Source of the DNA: Sphingopyxis sp.
GTDB taxonomy: Bacteria; Pseudomonadota; Alphaproteobacteria; Sphingomonadales; Sphingomonadaceae
DNA: 64,000 nt
Reading direction: 5' to 3'
Assembly: GCF_041916015.1 (NCBI RefSeq)
Contig: NZ_JAYSAH010000019.1
Location: 353-64,352, forward strand
This document shows positions 36,054 to 45,681 of the stretch, piece after piece. The notes under the pieces were generated by a model. It ran no database searches, had not been told where the DNA came from, and saw nothing but the letters and a program-made list of their open reading frames with translations. The stretch's first letter is position 1, and every line of letters begins with the position of its first letter. Both the position numbers and the translations under genes were made by a program.

Positions 36054-37163
36054 TTGAAACAGGTTTTTACCGTGCCCTTTGCCTTTCGTTACCTCGCCCC
36101 GGCGGTCGTCGCGGCGTCGCTCGCGGCCTTGCCCGCTCTTGCCCAGTCGGCATCGCCGGTCACCGGCATCGATGCGCTCAAGGAATGGAATCTCGTCGTC
36201 CTCGGCAATCTCGAATCCTCGTCCGAGGTCGAGGGACGAACGTTCGTCGGCGGGAACCTCACGGGCAATTCGTCCAATTACAACATTCGCGGCGGCGCGC
36301 CCTCGGCCAACGGCCAAGCTGGGCTGACCGTCGTCGGCGATGTCACCGGCGGGCACAAGAATCTCAACAACGGATCGGGCGCCGTTGTTGGCGGCAATGT
36401 CAGCAGCGGTTTCAATCTCAACGGCGCACCCCAGACGGTGAAGGTCGGCGGGACGATCAGCAACACCAACGTCAACCAGAACACCGTCGTCTCGAACCTC
36501 GGCGCCACGGACCCTGCCTTCACGGTTCAGCTCCAGCAGCAGAAGACCCGGCTCGCCGACAGCATGGGCAGCCTGTCGTTCGCGATGGGCACGCTCGCGA
36601 CGAACAGCCAGTTCAGCGTCCAAGGCAATCGCGGCGTCTTCACCGCGCAGCCCGATGCGAAGGGGATGGCGGTGTTCAACATCACCGCCGCCGACCTCGA
36701 CAAGATCGGCGAGATCCAGTTCAACCTGAACGGCGCCGACACCGCGATCGTCAATGTCAGCGGGCGCTCGATCACCCTCAACGACAATTTCCTCGGCGGC
36801 ACGAACAATCTTGGCGAGCATGTGATCTGGAATTTCCCCGATGCCGAGGATTTGAAGCTCACGACCGCGTGGGGCGGGTCGGTGCTTGCGCCGCTCGCCG
36901 ATGCCGAGACGCGCAATTACATCCAGGGATCGGGCGTGTTCGGCAGCCTCAAGCAGAATGGCGAGATGCACGTCGGCACCTATGCGGGCCATTATTCGCC
37001 GCCGCCGGCGGGCGGTTCCTCGTCGGGCGGATCGTCCGGCGGGTCGAGTTCGGGCGGCGATCCCGTTCCGGTGCCCGAACCGGGCATGGTCGGCCTGTTC
37101 GGGCTGAGCGTCGCGGGGCTGATCTATCTGCGCCGTCGCCGCGCGAGGCGCGACGGCGAGTAG
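36054..37163 (+). CDS. Secreted choice-of-anchor A-like surface protein with PEP-CTERM sorting signal
   Basis: Signal peptide (ALPALA-Q), EVEGRTFVGGN, VIWNFPDA, GSVLAP, Gly/Ser linker, then VPVPEPGMVGLFGLSVAGLIYLRRRR. Confidence 0.8.
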   Translation: MKQVFTVPFAFRYLAPAVVAASLAALPALAQSASPVTGIDALKEWNLVVLGNLESSSEVEGRTFVGGNLTGNSSNYNIRGGAPSANGQAGLTVVGDVTGGHKNLNNGSGAVVGGNVSSGFNLNGAPQTVKVGGTISNTNVNQNTVVSNLGATDPAFTVQLQQQKTRLADSMGSLSFAMGTLATNSQFSVQGNRGVFTAQPDAKGMAVFNITAADLDKIGEIQFNLNGADTAIVNVSGRSITLNDNFLGGTNNLGEHVIWNFPDAEDLKLTTAWGGSVLAPLADAETRNYIQGSGVFGSLKQNGEMHVGTYAGHYSPPPAGGSSSGGSSGGSSSGGDPVPVPEPGMVGLFGLSVAGLIYLRRRRARRDGE

Positions 37164-37167
37164 GGGC

Positions 37168-38400
37168 TCAGGCCTCGCCGCTTAGCGGGAAGGTCACCGA
37201 CACGCGGGTGCCCTTGCCCAGCTCGCTTGCGATGTCGAGCTGCCCCTGGTGGCGCTCGCTGATGTGCTTGACGATCGCGAGGCCGAGCCCGGTGCCGCCG
37301 ACCGATCGGCTGCGCGCTTCGTCGACGCGGTAGAAGCGCTCGGTCAGGCGCGGCAGATGGTCGGGGGCGATGCCGTCGCCCTCGTCGGTCACCGACAGAC
37401 GCACGCGCTTGCCCTCGCGTGCCAGTTCGACCGTGACCGGGGTGCCGGGTCGGCCGTATTTCATCGCGTTCGAGATGATGTTGTGCGCGAGCTGAGCGAG
37501 CTGCGCCTCGTCCCCCAGCATTGGCTGGCGGGCGTCGTCGATTCGCGTGACGACGTCCCTTGGGCGGGCCTGTTCGCTGTCGCGGAGCTGGCCGACGGTG
37601 CTCCGCACGATCGCGGCGAGATCGACCGGCGTCGTCGGACGCCGGAAACGGTCGGCCTCGACGCGCGAAATCGACAGGAGGTCGATGACGAGTTGCTGCA
37701 TCCGCCGGGCTTCGCGCTCGATGATCGACAGGAAGCGGTGGCGGGTCGGCGGGTCGGCGTCGCCGTTCATGTCCTGCAGCGTTTCGACATAGCCGAGGAT
37801 CGCCGCCAGCGGCGTGCGAAGCTCGTGGCTCGCGTTGGCGACGAAATCGGACCGCATCCGGTCGGCCGCGTCGATCGCCGAGCGGTCGGACAGAAAGATG
37901 ATCCGGTCGCCGCCGGATAAGGCCGCGATGCGCATCGTCCAATGCTGGCCGGGGCGCGGAAAGTCGACGAGGTTGAGCGTTTCGGCCGGCCCGTCGCCGT
38001 GCGCCTGCGACAGCCATTCGGTCGCGGCGGGGTGACGGATCGCGGTGCGGATGTCGGCGCCGACGATATGGCGGCCGAGCAGGCGGACCGCGGCGTCATT
38101 GGCGATCGTCACGATCTTGTCGGCGGTGCCGATCAGCGGCTCCTTTTCCTGATCGACCCATTGTGCGAAATCGGGATGGCGGAGCAGCGAGATCCGGGCC
38201 GGTTCGGGGGGAGGCGAATGGTCAGCGATGACGGCCGGCGCGGCGGGGGCGATCGCAGTATAAACGGTCACGGCCCCGATGCCCCCCGCCAGGGCCAGAA
38301 TCGCGATCGATAGCGCGTCCCCACCCGCGAGTGAGGCGAATATGATCGCCACGACGATCAGCGTCAGCGCGACGGCAAGACTCGACAGGCGATCGAACAT
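37168..38400 (-). CDS. phoR: Sensor histidine kinase, PhoR-like
   Basis: DFVANASHELRTPL, NIISNAMKY, DEGDGI, RFYRVDEARSRSVGGTGLGLAIVKH. No cognate regulator adjacent. Confidence 0.7.
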   Translation of the reverse strand: MFDRLSSLAVALTLIVVAIIFASLAGGDALSIAILALAGGIGAVTVYTAIAPAAPAVIADHSPPPEPARISLLRHPDFAQWVDQEKEPLIGTADKIVTIANDAAVRLLGRHIVGADIRTAIRHPAATEWLSQAHGDGPAETLNLVDFPRPGQHWTMRIAALSGGDRIIFLSDRSAIDAADRMRSDFVANASHELRTPLAAILGYVETLQDMNGDADPPTRHRFLSIIEREARRMQQLVIDLLSISRVEADRFRRPTTPVDLAAIVRSTVGQLRDSEQARPRDVVTRIDDARQPMLGDEAQLAQLAHNIISNAMKYGRPGTPVTVELAREGKRVRLSVTDEGDGIAPDHLPRLTERFYRVDEARSRSVGGTGLGLAIVKHISERHQGQLDIASELGKGTRVSVTFPLSGEA

Positions 38401-38550
38401 CCCGGTGCGCCTCGCACGAAGCGGAGCTTCGTGGCAAGGCCGTTCGCGGCGGTTACGCTTTTCCGCGGCGGTGTCTCAAAGCGGGATGGCGCGGCGAGAC
38501 GGAACGGTCTTCGCTTTTCCTCACCGCCTCATTGGGTTATGCGCGAGGTC

Positions 38551-38964
38551 ATGGAAAACAGCGACATTCCGCCCGAAAGCACCCTGTCTGGCGACGAGGC
38601 CGTTCCCTCGCGGCGCAAGATGCTGGCGCTCGGCGCGGCCGGCGTCTCTGCGGCGCTGACGATCCGTCCCGCCTTCGCGCAGACCGCGGTCTCGGTGATG
38701 AACTGCCAGATTCCCGTGCCGGGGCCGTCGGGCGCCGGAAAATATATCGATGCGTCGGGCAAGCTGGTGCCTGCGGGGACCAAGGGCGCCTTTCCGGGCT
38801 CGCCGCGCCCCTTCACCGGCGAAGAGGTCAAGCGCGCGTTCCGCGGCCAGACGCTGCCGGGCGCGACCTACAACCAGTCGCAGGCCTATCTGCAATATAT
38901 CCGGCGCTTGCAGGCGGGGCAGAGCGGCTTTACCTGTTTCGCTTCCATCCAGATGCCGCGCTGA
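38551..38964 (+). CDS. Hypothetical Tat-exported protein
   Basis: SRRKML twin-arginine motif, hydrophobic core, AFA-Q cleavage site; codon usage as in host genes. Confidence 0.7.
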   Translation: MENSDIPPESTLSGDEAVPSRRKMLALGAAGVSAALTIRPAFAQTAVSVMNCQIPVPGPSGAGKYIDASGKLVPAGTKGAFPGSPRPFTGEEVKRAFRGQTLPGATYNQSQAYLQYIRRLQAGQSGFTCFASIQMPR

Positions 38965-39022
38965 CCATCGCTTCCCTGTCTGCGATGGCGGCGCGGTCGC
39001 ATCGCAGACAAAAGGGATTGAT

Positions 39023-40024
39023 GTGAAACTTGCTTCGCTCAAGCATGGCCGCGACGGACGGCTTGTCGTCGTTTCTGACGACCTCGCCTGGTATGCCGAC
39101 GCCGGCCAGATCGCGCCGACGCTGCAGGCGGCGCTCGACGATTGGGCCGAAGCGGCACCGCGGCTCGCCGCGCTCGCCGAGGACCTCAATCACGACGCGA
39201 TTCCGAAAGAGCGGTTTCACGAGCATGAGGCAGCCTCGCCGTTGCCGCGCGCCTATCAATGGGCCGACGGTAGCGCCTATGTGAACCATGTCGCGCTGGT
39301 GCGGCAGGCGCGCGGTGCGGAAATGCCCGACAGTTTCTGGCACGACCCGCTGATGTATCAGGGCGGCAGCGATGCCTTTCTGGCGCCGCGCGACCCGATT
39401 CCGCTCGGCGATCCGGCGTGGGGTTGCGACATGGAGGCCGAGGTGGTCGTCGTGACCGGCGACGTGCCAGCGGGGATCGATGCGGTCGCGGCGCGCGAGT
39501 ACGTCCTGCTCGTCGGGCTGACCAACGACGTGTCGCTGCGCGGGCTGATCCCGCCCGAACTCGCCAAGGGCTTCGGTTTTTTCCAGTCGAAACCGTCGAG
39601 CGCGATGTCGCCGGTGTTCGTGACCCCGGAGGCGCTCGGCGCGCGCTGGCAGGACGGCAAGCTGCACGGGACGCTGTGCGTCGATCTCAACGGCCAGCCG
39701 CTCGGCCGCGCCGATGCCGGTATCGACATGACCTTCGATTTCGGTCAGCTGATCGCGCACGCCGCGAAGACGCGCAATCTGGGCGCGGGGACGATCATCG
39801 GGTCGGGTACGGTCTCGAACCGCGACGCGGACGGCGGGCCGGGCAAACCGATCGGCGAGGGCGGGCTGGGCTATAGCTGCCTTGCCGAAGTCCGCACCGT
39901 CGAAACCATCCTGCAGGGGGAGGCGAAGACCCCGTTCATGCAGAAGGGCGACACGGTCCGCATCTGGATGGACGACGATCGCCACCACAGCATCTTCGGC
40001 GCGATCGAGCAGACGGTGGGATGA
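39023..40024 (+). CDS. Fumarylacetoacetate hydrolase family protein
   Basis: MKLASLKHGRDG, PLPRAYQWADGSAY, DMEAE, NDVSLR, GFFQSKP, GSGTVSN. Confidence 0.92.
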   Translation: MKLASLKHGRDGRLVVVSDDLAWYADAGQIAPTLQAALDDWAEAAPRLAALAEDLNHDAIPKERFHEHEAASPLPRAYQWADGSAYVNHVALVRQARGAEMPDSFWHDPLMYQGGSDAFLAPRDPIPLGDPAWGCDMEAEVVVVTGDVPAGIDAVAAREYVLLVGLTNDVSLRGLIPPELAKGFGFFQSKPSSAMSPVFVTPEALGARWQDGKLHGTLCVDLNGQPLGRADAGIDMTFDFGQLIAHAAKTRNLGAGTIIGSGTVSNRDADGGPGKPIGEGGLGYSCLAEVRTVETILQGEAKTPFMQKGDTVRIWMDDDRHHSIFGAIEQTVG

Positions 40025-40028
40025 AACG

Positions 40029-40057
40029 AAAAAGGGGCGGGAAAATCCCGCCCCTTT
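40029..40057. terminator. Bidirectional intrinsic terminator between the FAH gene and tadC
   Basis: AAAGGGGCGGGA-aaa-TCCCGCCCCTTT, a perfect 12-bp stem with A/T tails between convergent genes. Confidence 0.85.
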
Positions 40058-40082
40058 GCATCGGGCCGGACTGGCCTTTGCG

Positions 40083-41114
40083 TCAGCCCATGACGCCGCC
40101 TAGCGCATCCTTGAGCGAACAGGCCGCCGGGCCGAGAATGACGATGAACAGCACCGGCAGAATGAAAAGGATCAGCGGCACCGTCATGATGGCGGGAAGG
40201 CGCGCGGCCTTTTCCTCGGCGCGCATCATGCGTTCGTTGCGGAACTCGGCTGACAGGACGCGAAGCGCGCTGGCGAGCGGCGTACCATATTTCTCGGTCT
40301 GGATCATCGTCGTGACGACGCCCTTCACCGATTCGAGATTGACGCGGTAAGCGAGATTCTCGAACGCTTGGCGGCGTTCGGTCAGAAAGCCGAGTTCGAT
40401 CGAGGTCAGCGCGAATTCTTCGCCAAGCTCGGGATAAGCGCGGCCCAATTCCCGCGATACGCGCGAGAAGGCGGCATCGACGGTCAGCCCGGCCTCGGCA
40501 CAGATGACGAGCAGATCGAGCGCGTCGGGAAGGCCCTTGCGGATCGCGTCGGTGCGCTTCTGCCGCTTGTTATCGACGAACAGGTCGGGCGCCTTATAGC
40601 CGAGAAGCAGCGCGGCCATGGTGAAGCCGGCGCGCTTGAACGGCGTCATGTCGGGCCACATATCCAGCCAATAGATCAGGATGAAGGCGGTCGCGCCGAA
40701 CAGGATCGGCAGCACGAGGCGGCCGAAAATGACGGTGACCGCCAGATCCTTGGACCGGATGCCGGCCTGGGCCAGCTTTTGCTGGACTTCCTTGATCTGA
40801 GCTTCCTGCAGGACCTGCAGGCGGCCGAGGAAGGTCCGCATCTTGTCGGCGGTCTGGTTCTTGCGGACCAGCTTCGCCCGGCGCTTCGCGGTCGAAGCGG
40901 TGATGCCCGCCTTCAGCTGTTCGCGGCGATCGTTCAGCGCCTTGACGCGCTTCGCCATCGGATTGCGGACGGTCAGCGCGCCATAGATGGCGAAGAGTAC
41001 CGCGCCGACGCCGACTGCCGCCAGCATCGTCGCGGCCCAGACGACATCGACGCCCATCAGCGTCGGGCCCTGCTGCGCTCCCGAAAAGGCGGAAAGAAGA
41101 AGATTGCTGTTCAT
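40083..41114 (-). CDS. tadC: Tad pilus inner membrane platform protein TadC
   Basis: LPDALDLLVICAEAGL, QTEKYGTP, AEEKAARLP. Confidence 0.93.
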   Translation of the reverse strand: MNSNLLLSAFSGAQQGPTLMGVDVVWAATMLAAVGVGAVLFAIYGALTVRNPMAKRVKALNDRREQLKAGITASTAKRRAKLVRKNQTADKMRTFLGRLQVLQEAQIKEVQQKLAQAGIRSKDLAVTVIFGRLVLPILFGATAFILIYWLDMWPDMTPFKRAGFTMAALLLGYKAPDLFVDNKRQKRTDAIRKGLPDALDLLVICAEAGLTVDAAFSRVSRELGRAYPELGEEFALTSIELGFLTERRQAFENLAYRVNLESVKGVVTTMIQTEKYGTPLASALRVLSAEFRNERMMRAEEKAARLPAIMTVPLILFILPVLFIVILGPAACSLKDALGGVMG

Positions 41115-41123
41115 CGTCCGCCC

Positions 41124-42101
41124 TCAGATCTCGAAACTGATCATTTTTTTCATGATGAACGCACCGATGCTCATCCAGACGAGTCCGCCGAGGCCGGTGA
41201 TCATCAGACGCTGCTCTGAAAAGAAACCCGCAAGATATTCGGGGTTCATGGACCAAACGATGCCGAACACGAAGAAAGGCAGGGCGCCGACGATATAGGC
41301 GGACGCCTTGGCTTCCGACGACATCGCCTTGATCTTCAGCTTCATCTGGGCGCGCTTGCGGAGCACATCCGACAGATTCGCGAGTGTTTCGGCGAGATTG
41401 CCACCCGTTTCGCGCTGGATCGCAATGGTGATGCAAAAGAATTGGAATTCAGCCGTGTCGAGCATTTCGGCCGATTCCTGGAGCGCCGCCTCCATCGTGT
41501 TACCGATGCGGATGCGTTCGACGACGGCCCTGAATTCCTCGCCGACCGGTCCCGGCAGTTCGTGGCTGACGACCTGGAAGGTTTCGGTGACCGGAAGGCC
41601 CGATTTCAAACCGCGAACGAGCAGGTCGATCGCGTCCGGAAAGCGGCTGGTGAATGCGTTGACCCTTTTCTTGATGAGCCGCCCGACAAGCATGTGCGGC
41701 AGGCCAATCCCGACCATCAGGCCCGCCATCACCGCGAGCAGGAAAGGCGTGCGCAAGACGAGCAGCCCGCCGGCCGCCGCGACGAATACGCCCATGCACC
41801 AGAACATATATTGGGTGATGTGCCAGTTCTTGCCGGTGCGGCGCAGACGCTTTTCCATCAGCTCGCGGCGCGGCATCAGGTTGGAGAGGGTGGTCCCCGT
41901 TTGTCCGCCGACTGCCTGGACCGTCTTTCGCATCTGCGCGGCGACGACGGCTTCGGTCGATGCGGCGTGCCGGTCGCGAACCGACGCCAGGCGGCGGCTC
42001 TTGGCCTTGCCCGCCGAGGGGCCGGCAAAAGCGAGGACGAGCATCGCAAGCGCCACGACAGCGGCGGCGATGGTCAGAATCATGGGCAGATCGAGGTTCA
42101 T
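41124..42101 (-). CDS. tadB: Tad pilus inner membrane platform protein TadB
   Basis: FPDAIDLLVRGLKSGLP, IQRETGGNLAETL, KAMSSEAKASA. Confidence 0.93.
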   Translation of the reverse strand: MNLDLPMILTIAAAVVALAMLVLAFAGPSAGKAKSRRLASVRDRHAASTEAVVAAQMRKTVQAVGGQTGTTLSNLMPRRELMEKRLRRTGKNWHITQYMFWCMGVFVAAAGGLLVLRTPFLLAVMAGLMVGIGLPHMLVGRLIKKRVNAFTSRFPDAIDLLVRGLKSGLPVTETFQVVSHELPGPVGEEFRAVVERIRIGNTMEAALQESAEMLDTAEFQFFCITIAIQRETGGNLAETLANLSDVLRKRAQMKLKIKAMSSEAKASAYIVGALPFFVFGIVWSMNPEYLAGFFSEQRLMITGLGGLVWMSIGAFIMKKMISFEI

Positions 42102-42170
42102 GATGGCCCTTTATCGGCTTCCAGCTTCAGGGTGTGCGGCGATCCGGCGTTCCGGAGTGCCGCGGTGCCC

Positions 42171-43445
42171 TTATTTTGCGCCCTTTTTCGCGACCAGCGT
42201 CCCAAGACCGCCGAGCTTGCCGAGCAGCGAGCCGCCGTTCGGTTTCGCCTTTGCGACGGCTGCGTCCTCGGCGCTTTCGTCGGCGCCATCGACGATGGTC
42301 CGCATCAGGCTCGTCCACGGCTGCGACGCCTTGGTTCCCTTGCACAGTTCGGCATAGGATTTGCCGAGTTTCGCGGCCTGGCTGACCAGTTTGGGATCGA
42401 ACGGAATGACGATGTCGATCGGACGCTCGATCGACGATTCGAAGTCCTTGCGTGAAAGTTCGCCGATCGCGGTCTGAAACTTGTTCGCAACAAGAACCAC
42501 GCGCGCGCCCGGAACATTCTGCTTGAACCAGGACAGCAGACGGATCGTGTCGCGCGCGCCCGCCAGGGTTACATCGCTGACGAGCAGGATCGTGCCGGCT
42601 TCCTGCACCAGGTGCGGGAAAGGGATCAGGACATGGCGCGGGATGTCGACAATCGTCATCTCGAAGGCATTGCGCAGTTCCTCTTCCAGCTGGAAGAAGG
42701 CCGAACCATCGGTCATCACCGGCTGATGGATCGGCGCTTCGGCCGACAGCAGGCTGAGCTTGTCCGATGCGCGGACCATCGCGCGCTCGATGAACAGGCC
42801 ATCGATGCGGCTGGGATTGTCGATCGCGTCGATCAGGCCGCGCCCCGGCTCGAGGTCGAGCGTGAGCGCGCCGGTCCCGAAATGCACGTCGAGATCGAGC
42901 AGCGCGGTCTGGCGATCGCCCTGTTCGCTCATCACCCACGCCAGCGAGGTCGATACGAGCGACGCGCCGACACCGCCGCGCACGCCGACGACCGCCATCA
43001 TGTGATGCGGCTTGTCGTCGTGGATGTCGGCATGCTTCGGCGCCGACAGCATGGCCTGCGCCATGGTGAAGCTTTCGCGGACCTGGTCGAGCGACAGCGG
43101 CTTCAGCAGATAATCCTGGATGCCGCTCGACAGAAGGTCGCGGTACAGACGCACGTCGTTCACCTGACCCGCCGCGATCACCACGGTGCCGGGCTCGCAG
43201 ACTTCGGCCAGTGCGTTGATGTCGTTGATCGGATCTCCCGATTCCGACATGTCGACGAACAGGATGTTCGGGCTCGCCGACACCGAGAGCGACTGGACGG
43301 CGTTGCGAAGGCCGCCCTTGTTGCACTTCTCGATCGGCCAGCCCATGTCGGCCGATGCGACGCGGATCAGCTCCAGCGTGTCGTCGTCACAGACGAAGGC
43401 ATTGAAGGGATCACGCAGCCCGGCTGCTTTGAAAGGAGCGTTCAC
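42171..43445 (-). CDS. cpaE: Pilus assembly ATPase-like protein CpaE/TadZ
   Basis: Receiver-like N-terminus, GVRGGVGAS, LLDLDVHFG; GTG 43445 overlaps the cpaD stop. Confidence 0.9.
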   Translation of the reverse strand: MNAPFKAAGLRDPFNAFVCDDDTLELIRVASADMGWPIEKCNKGGLRNAVQSLSVSASPNILFVDMSESGDPINDINALAEVCEPGTVVIAAGQVNDVRLYRDLLSSGIQDYLLKPLSLDQVRESFTMAQAMLSAPKHADIHDDKPHHMMAVVGVRGGVGASLVSTSLAWVMSEQGDRQTALLDLDVHFGTGALTLDLEPGRGLIDAIDNPSRIDGLFIERAMVRASDKLSLLSAEAPIHQPVMTDGSAFFQLEEELRNAFEMTIVDIPRHVLIPFPHLVQEAGTILLVSDVTLAGARDTIRLLSWFKQNVPGARVVLVANKFQTAIGELSRKDFESSIERPIDIVIPFDPKLVSQAAKLGKSYAELCKGTKASQPWTSLMRTIVDGADESAEDAAVAKAKPNGGSLLGKLGGLGTLVAKKGAK

Positions 43446-44089
43446 TTGCCGCCTCCGCTGTTGCTGGTTGCCGTATCCTTGAGTTCGCCGGCGCCCGTCT
43501 GGGGCTTTTCGCGATAGGTCTTGATGGCCCGCGTTGCCGAGTTCGGATCGTTGACCGTTGCCCGGTTGCCCTTGATCAGGTCGTTGGGATCCGCGACCAT
43601 CGCGGCAAGATTGCTGTTCGTCGCGCAGCCGTAGTTGGACGAGGTCGCATTGTTGAAATTGATCGACGACTTGCTCGACCAGTCCGGACAGCCTGGCACC
43701 TGGGCCGACGCGCGGGTCACAACCACGCGAACATATCCCGAAGGAATCGCGCCCGTCGTGACCGGAACATCCTGGCTCAGCAGCAGGCCGCGGCGTTCGA
43801 CCAGCGTGCGGATCGTCGATTGCGCTTCGCCCGCGCCATAGACCGACGGATCCTCGATCGCGACCCGGTCGCCATAGCGAACGCCCATCGCGTCGAGCCA
43901 TCCCTGCAGACGGCCCTGCTCGCTGGGGGCGAGGTCGCCGCTGCCGACCGCGACGTCGAACTGATAGATGGTGTTGCGGACGACCGGCTGGTGGACCGAG
44001 TCCAGGCTTCGGTTGCTGTTGGCGGTCCCCGTACAGCCCGCCAGCGATGTTGCCAGGGCGAGGGCGGTCCAAGTTGCGATTGTCTTCAT
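43442..44089 (-). CDS. cpaD: Pilus assembly lipoprotein CpaD
   Basis: LAGC lipobox, SVHQPVV, PGCPDWS, NYGCATNSNLAAMVADPNDL. Confidence 0.9.
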   Translation of the reverse strand: MKTIATWTALALATSLAGCTGTANSNRSLDSVHQPVVRNTIYQFDVAVGSGDLAPSEQGRLQGWLDAMGVRYGDRVAIEDPSVYGAGEAQSTIRTLVERRGLLLSQDVPVTTGAIPSGYVRVVVTRASAQVPGCPDWSSKSSINFNNATSSNYGCATNSNLAAMVADPNDLIKGNRATVNDPNSATRAIKTYREKPQTGAGELKDTATSNSGGGK

Positions 44090-44114
44090 CACTCTGCTCC
44101 CCAAAACCACCACG

Positions 44115-45680
44115 TCACTTCTTGTTCAGGCTGAAGCCGGGTGCGGCTTCGCCGCCGCCGCCGCGCGTGCGATCGGCATCCCCGACCGTCGTGTCGAGCG
44201 ACGGCTTCGGCCGTTCGCCGCCGGTTACGCCGTCGCTGGTCTGGTTCGTCAGCAGGCGAGCGAGGTCGTTGGCATCCCGATAGGCATCGGTCGGCAGCTT
44301 GATCTCGTTCGCCGAAACCGGCTGGACCAGATATGGCGTGACGACGATGACAAGCTCGGTCTCGCCGCGGCGGAAGCTGTCCGACTTGAACAGCGTGCCG
44401 AGGATCGGCACGTCGCCAAGCCCGGGCATCTTGTCGATCGCGCCGATCGAGCGGTTGTTCATCAGGCCGGCGATCATGAAGCTTTCGCCCGAGCCCAGCT
44501 CGACCGTCGTCTCCGCGCGGCGGATCGTCAGCGCCGGGATCTGGAACCCCTGCATTTCGATCGCGCCTTCGGTCGACAGTTCCGACACTTCGGGCCGCAC
44601 GCGCAGGCTGATGCGGCCGTTCGACAGCACCGTCGGCGTATAGGCCAGGCTGACACCATATTTGCGATATTCGATCGTCGTGCCCGCGAAATTGCCGGGG
44701 ATCGGGATCGGGAATTCGCCGCCCGCGAGGAAATCGGCGGTTTCACCCGAAATTGCGGTCAGGTTCGGCTGCGCCAGCGTCGCCACGAGCCCCGAACGTT
44801 CGCCCATGTCGAGCGAAGCCATCAGGTCGAGGCCGAACAGGCGGCCTGCGCCGGCAAGGCTGCGGGTGCCCGACGGAGTGGTGAACTGGTAGCTGGTGCC
44901 CAGATACTGGCTGTTGATCGGCTGGCCGGTAACCGGGTTATAGGGTCGCGGGACCGAGCTGCCCGGGAAAACGGCGGTAGGCGCCTGAATGTCGGAGATC
45001 GTGCCGGGCGTGCGACCGCCGAACACACCGCCGAGAAATCCGTTTCCGAGCGGGCCGTCGCGGTCGCGGGTCAGCAGGTTGCCGCTGATTTCCTTGACAA
45101 GCGAGCGGTTCACCTCGGCGATGCGGACCTGCAGGTTGACCTGCAGCGGCGTCGCGGTGCGGAGGCGCGAGAGCACCTTGGTCTGTTCGCCGACGAACGC
45201 CTGTACCAGCCGTTCGGCTTCGGCCGCGTCGTCGGGCGACGCCACGGTGCCGGTGAGGAGGACGAAGCCGTTCATCGTGTTCGAGTTGATCTTCGCATCG
45301 GGCATCGCCAGCGTCAGCATCTGGTCGATCGTCTCGATATTGTTGCCGACGCGGGCGACGGTCGAATAGACCACCCGGCCGCTGGCGTCGGTCGCGTAGA
45401 TGCTCGTTTCGCCCGGCGTCTTGCCGAAGACATAGAGCTGGCGGCCCGAGCGGACCTGGACGTCGGCGACCTTGTCGTCGGCGACGAAGACGTCGGTCAT
45501 CGGCGCCGACAGGCTCACCAGGCGGCCGCGGCCGACCGACAGGTCGATGCTGCTGCTGGCATTCTGCGTCGCCTGAGCCGAAGCCTGCTGCGCCGGGGCC
45601 GACACGAGGGTCGCCGCGACGAGGCCGATGGCCAGGGTGCGGGCGAGCGCGGCCGCCTTGAAGTGGAGTTTGCTGGTCAT
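44115..45680 (-). CDS. cpaC: Pilus secretin CpaC/RcpA
   Basis: QVNLQVRIAEV, LAQPNLTAISGETADFLAGGEFPIP, ETTVELGSGESF, ETELVIVVTPYLV. Confidence 0.95.
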   Translation of the reverse strand: MTSKLHFKAAALARTLAIGLVAATLVSAPAQQASAQATQNASSSIDLSVGRGRLVSLSAPMTDVFVADDKVADVQVRSGRQLYVFGKTPGETSIYATDASGRVVYSTVARVGNNIETIDQMLTLAMPDAKINSNTMNGFVLLTGTVASPDDAAEAERLVQAFVGEQTKVLSRLRTATPLQVNLQVRIAEVNRSLVKEISGNLLTRDRDGPLGNGFLGGVFGGRTPGTISDIQAPTAVFPGSSVPRPYNPVTGQPINSQYLGTSYQFTTPSGTRSLAGAGRLFGLDLMASLDMGERSGLVATLAQPNLTAISGETADFLAGGEFPIPIPGNFAGTTIEYRKYGVSLAYTPTVLSNGRISLRVRPEVSELSTEGAIEMQGFQIPALTIRRAETTVELGSGESFMIAGLMNNRSIGAIDKMPGLGDVPILGTLFKSDSFRRGETELVIVVTPYLVQPVSANEIKLPTDAYRDANDLARLLTNQTSDGVTGGERPKPSLDTTVGDADRTRGGGGEAAPGFSLNKK

Positions 45681-45681
45681 C

